Shown here piece by piece: positions 53,049-57,266 of a stretch of DNA of 57,266 nt (the stretch's first letter is position 1; each line of letters begins with the position of its first letter). A program made the position numbers and the translations under genes. Source of the DNA: Tubiluchus corallicola (taxonomy: Eukaryota; Animalia; Priapulida). Where the stretch lies: the NCBI GenBank assembly GCA_030141605.1, contig JAQGDQ010001177.1:1-57266 (forward strand), read 5' to 3'. Under the pieces are notes generated by a model. The model was not told the DNA's origin, did no database searches, and was given only the letters and a program-made list of their open reading frames with translations.

Positions 53049-53916
53049 CTAATGCACAATTTCACTTTAACAACTGTCAGCTGACTCACCAGACCACTTC
53101 AATAGAGAAAAAAGCTCAACAGTCTTACATTCTTACATTAATGTTTAATCTAAGAGAGAAATAATAGCAAAGTGAACGGTCTAAGTATATGAAGTTTAGC
53201 TAAGCATTAGTTGTAAATTTTAGCCTAACAAACGTACCGCTGCATCATTCATCTTTACACTAAAACAGCGTAGAAAGTTCTACTAATTTTGTGTTGATAG
53301 TAAGATTGTAAGATTGTAAGACCTACTGTAAGGCGAGTTTGTCTATAATGTCATTTACAGTAAATGAATGCGCTCCTAGCTGCTTCGTGTAGTATATATA
53401 CATATACGTCAGCAGTGAAATTCTATAGGCCTCGAATTCATTCATATAATATTATTCAAATTCCAGCAAGAGTTTCTATTGATTATCATTAGTAGAAAGC
53501 CAGCGATTGCTTCAAGTTTCCGCGAACCCATAATCAACCCTGTCAATATTACTTGTTAGCAGACAACAGGGGAAACCTTCTTCCTGTGGTTCTGTTTTTG
53601 CATAGACGTATAAGTACAAATACCAACCACGTCAATTTTTGAAGATAGAGTGGTTCAAAAGACAGGAAGAGATGAAAATTGCTACCCCACAGAATGCTGG
53701 AGCCACCCCTCGAGTAAGCAACCCTATCAGATGATGTGCGTATATCAAATTAGATAGTCCATTGATCCTTCATAAGATTGCACTTGTCAATGCTTCATAC
53801 GCATAACAGAAACTGAATAATTTTGAATCATCTAATGGGAAGGAGAGATAGCGTATTCGTATTCGTATTCCTATTCCTATTCATTCGTATCAGAAACACT
53901 GCAGCCTCACCAAGTG

Positions 53917-54430
53917 CAGGGATGACGAATTGCAAAAAAACTTTGAAACAGGCCGGGGGTTTTGGGGCCACCTAGGCCCCCAATGGGGTTCAAGGGAGCC
54001 CCCTTGGAACCAGCAACAAATTGCAATTTTGTGACCATAGAGAGCCTCTAAGTGGACTTAAAATATCAATTACCTTGTTTTATGCATAATTTAAAATACC
54101 CAACTATCAAGGATACATGATACCTAATTGACTCAAAAATGCCTAAGTACTGGCCGCTCCTATGCAAAAGTATATAAAAACTGTCTGCAATTGACTCAAA
54201 TAACTCCGCACAATTGATTCTATATTTTTATACATAGAGATATACACGTGGTTACACTGACGTACGTGATGTAAACAAAATGACAGCCTGCCAACTAGCG
54301 GTCAGCTTGTGAAATAATGTACTGGGTCCGTAAAAATTTTCTCAACGAATTTACGAGATTTACAAAAATGTCACTACTGGTCTTCCAAAAACTCGGAATT
54401 CCGCGTATCCACGGAAAATTATCATCCCTG
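53917..54430 (+). mobile_element. Family E hAT-like MITE, copy 2
   Basis: CAGGGATGA...TCATCCCTG; nearly colinear with 42384-42894. Confidence 0.8.
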
Positions 54431-54795
54431 TATGTATTCGTATCACAAACACTGCAATCTCACCACGTGAGCAAATTGATGCCGTTTAAAACTGTTTAAC
54501 CCAGTAGGGTTGGCAGCATAACTACTAACAGTTATTAATGGCTGCCATCAATGTTTATGTTGTACAGTTTAGATGGACTAGCGAACATCATCACGGTGCC
54601 AAGTTTTTCTGGTTCGTTTATATCGCATTCCTGAAGCGAGTCTGTGACGATGTACAGACCATATATCCAGTTTGTCTAGGATTTGTATGTTTATCCAGCT
54701 TCCGGTAGGGGCCGCAGTCTTCACGTCAGAAATATGGCGCTTCTATACAGTACAGATATGCTATTGCAAAATCGAACATTTGTAAAAAAAATTAA

Positions 54796-55924
54796 AGACA
54801 ACAAATCACTCAGTCGGTATGTTGGGTTTGTTTTACTGTTATCACTTAAACTGTTTGTGGTGTGCTAAAGGAAAGAACAAGTCACTCAGTCGGTATGTTG
54901 GGTTTGTTTTACTGTTATCACTTAAACTGTTTGTGGTGTGCTAAAGGAAAGAACAAATCACTCAGCATGTTGGGTTTATTTTACTGTTATCACTTAAACT
55001 GTTTGTGGTGTGCTAAAGGAAAGAACAAGTCACTCAGTATGTTGGGTTTATTTTACTGTTGTCACGTAAACTGTTTGTGGTGTGCTAAAGGAAAGAACAA
55101 GTCACTCAGTATGTTGGGTTTATTATCACTTAAACTGTTTGTGGTGTGCTAAAGGAAAGAACAAGTCACGTAGTATGTTGGGTTTATTTTACTGTTATCA
55201 CTTAAACTGTTTGTGGTGTGCTAAAGGAAAGAACAAGTCACTCAGTATGATCCATTTATTTTAATGTTATCACTTAAACTGTTTGTGCTGTGCTAAAGGA
55301 AAGAACATGTCACTCAGTATGTTGGGTTTATTTTACTATTATCACTTAAACTGTTTGTTGTGTGTTAAAGGAAAGAACAAGTCACTCAGTATGTTGGGTT
55401 TATTTTATTGTTATCAGTTAAATTTAGAAAAATATAACAAAGAAATTAGTAAAGAACTGCCTATAAAGCACAAATTAAAAATTTACTAGCTCTGAATAGA
55501 AATTTTCAGACGTGGTGGTTTCCGCCATTCACTTGAAAGTCATGACGTAACTGGGAGACTTCGTGACTTTTCGTAAGCGCGTCATGGCTTTCCGTAAGTG
55601 CTAGCTGCTTAAACTAATTCAAACTTCTGCAACTTACTTAATGTTCATGCAAAAATATAACAAAATTAGCTATTTATTTTTTGTAAAAACTTATTATACT
55701 TTTGATGCAGATTGACAGTGCGCTACTTTTCTCCAAGACGAATGACGTCACTCGAAGAAGAATGGGCGTTGAAAATTGGAGCGTCCAAGCATGAAGTGAT
55801 CGCGACTTTAAATTGATTTTAATAATTACACGAGGTGCTTATTGCAGTTTTATTACTAAATCCTTCTAACATTTTTCGTGAAGATTGAAATAAGCCTAAC
55901 CTCCTAGAAGGGTTGACCTTTCCT
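54796..55924 (+). mobile_element. Family B Kolobok-like element with ~9 terminal 72-bp units
   Basis: TTAA at 54792-54795 and 55925-55928; right end GGGTTGACCTTTCCT. Confidence 0.88.
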
Positions 55925-56011
55925 TTAAAAACAAGAATTTGTAGTGCCGTAATCAGCAGCTTAGACAGACAATTAATCGAATTTTGATGCCAAACTTGAA
56001 ACACAAAAAAT

Positions 56012-56085
56012 GTAGAAACTTGTGGATTTGAACCAGGAGCCCGCTGCTTACATAGGAGACGTCTTAGACCACTAGGGCACCGCAA
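56012..56085 (-). other. Degenerate tRNA-derived segment
   Basis: Minus strand CCCTAGTGGTCTAAG (box A) ... GGTTCAAATCC (box B); acceptor stem not intact. Confidence 0.45.
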
Positions 56086-56153
56086 ATCCCAAATGGTAAA
56101 GGCAATGCGAATTTCACACCTTATAGCAGTCAACCAAATTTAGCACTTGCAAC

Positions 56154-56485
<332 letters not shown>

Positions 56486-57084
56486 CTAATTAATTCTTTA
56501 TTTTGATTAATTTTGAGTCTAAAATTTTTACCACTGTTTAGCCACTCATTATAATGTCAATGTCAAGACTATTATTAAGGCCAGTGTGAACCTGACTTAA
56601 TAAATTAGTGGCTCCATCTAGCCGGAAACTTTACAGTGTGGGCAGTGACCCAGTTATGTTGTTATTATGCTGTTCTGTTGTGTATGTGAATGATGCGTGT
56701 TTTATTAAAGCTAGCGAAATTTATCATTAGATCTATACCACAACGATGTAAGTTTAATTTTATTTAATTTTTATTTTGATTTATTCATTTATACTTCTTT
56801 AATGGATTAATTAACTGTCAATCTAACTAAACTATGTAAGTTTTCATAAAATTAGCCAATGTCAGTCACTTTTGCTTTTCTATTTTAATTTTAAATATTG
56901 CAGAAAGACACTAGCAATTATTATTAAAGCAAAACGGTACGATTTTTTCTTAACTTAACCAATTTTGAGATACGGTAAAAAGACTTGTTCATTTTTAATC
57001 CATTATTCATATTTTGCGCTCACCGTTGTTTGAAATGTTCACACACGTGCTGTACTTTATTGCAGTCCCACAGTAGATGTGCGT

Positions 57085-57266
57085 TGTAGCACACGTAACA
57101 CATGTAACATGTAACACATGTAACATGTAACACATGTAAGACGTAACACATGTAACACCTTAAAGACGTAACGCATGTAACACGTAATACATGTAACATG
57201 TAACGCATGTAACACATGTAAGATGTAACACATGTAACATGTAACGCATGTAAGACGTAACACATG
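57085..57266. repeat. Short-period repeat (CATGTAA/CACATGTAA), runs off the window end
   Basis: Direct inspection. Confidence 0.92.

Overview
This is repeat-dense, AT-rich eukaryotic DNA from an animal genome. The 5S rRNA-derived sequence looks lophotrochozoan/mollusc-like, which is inference. The only convincing host coding sequence is a terminal exon at 1477-1605 (+), encoding a 42-aa acidic C-terminus of an unidentified gene, preceded by two intronic minisatellites. The rest is intergenic and layered with transposable elements. These include two families of TTAA-flanked, AGG...CCT non-autonomous DNA transposons (Kolobok-like; here families A and B), a MITE with subterminal inverted repeats (family C), hAT-like, piggyBac-like and Tc1/mariner-like MITEs, and 5'-truncated CR1/L2-type LINE ends. 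There are also many mini- and microsatellites. Two signals stand out. (1) There are two copies of a ~540-550 bp SINE made of a full-length 5S rRNA head fused to an RTE-LINE-derived body and tail, each with a target-site duplication (TSD). (2) Transposon termini have repeatedly been amplified into tandem arrays (72-bp, 134-bp, probably 92-bp and ~71-bp units). Nearly all ORFs in the supplied track are artefacts of simple repeats. There is no CRISPR array and no prokaryotic system. Family names A-E are my own labels.
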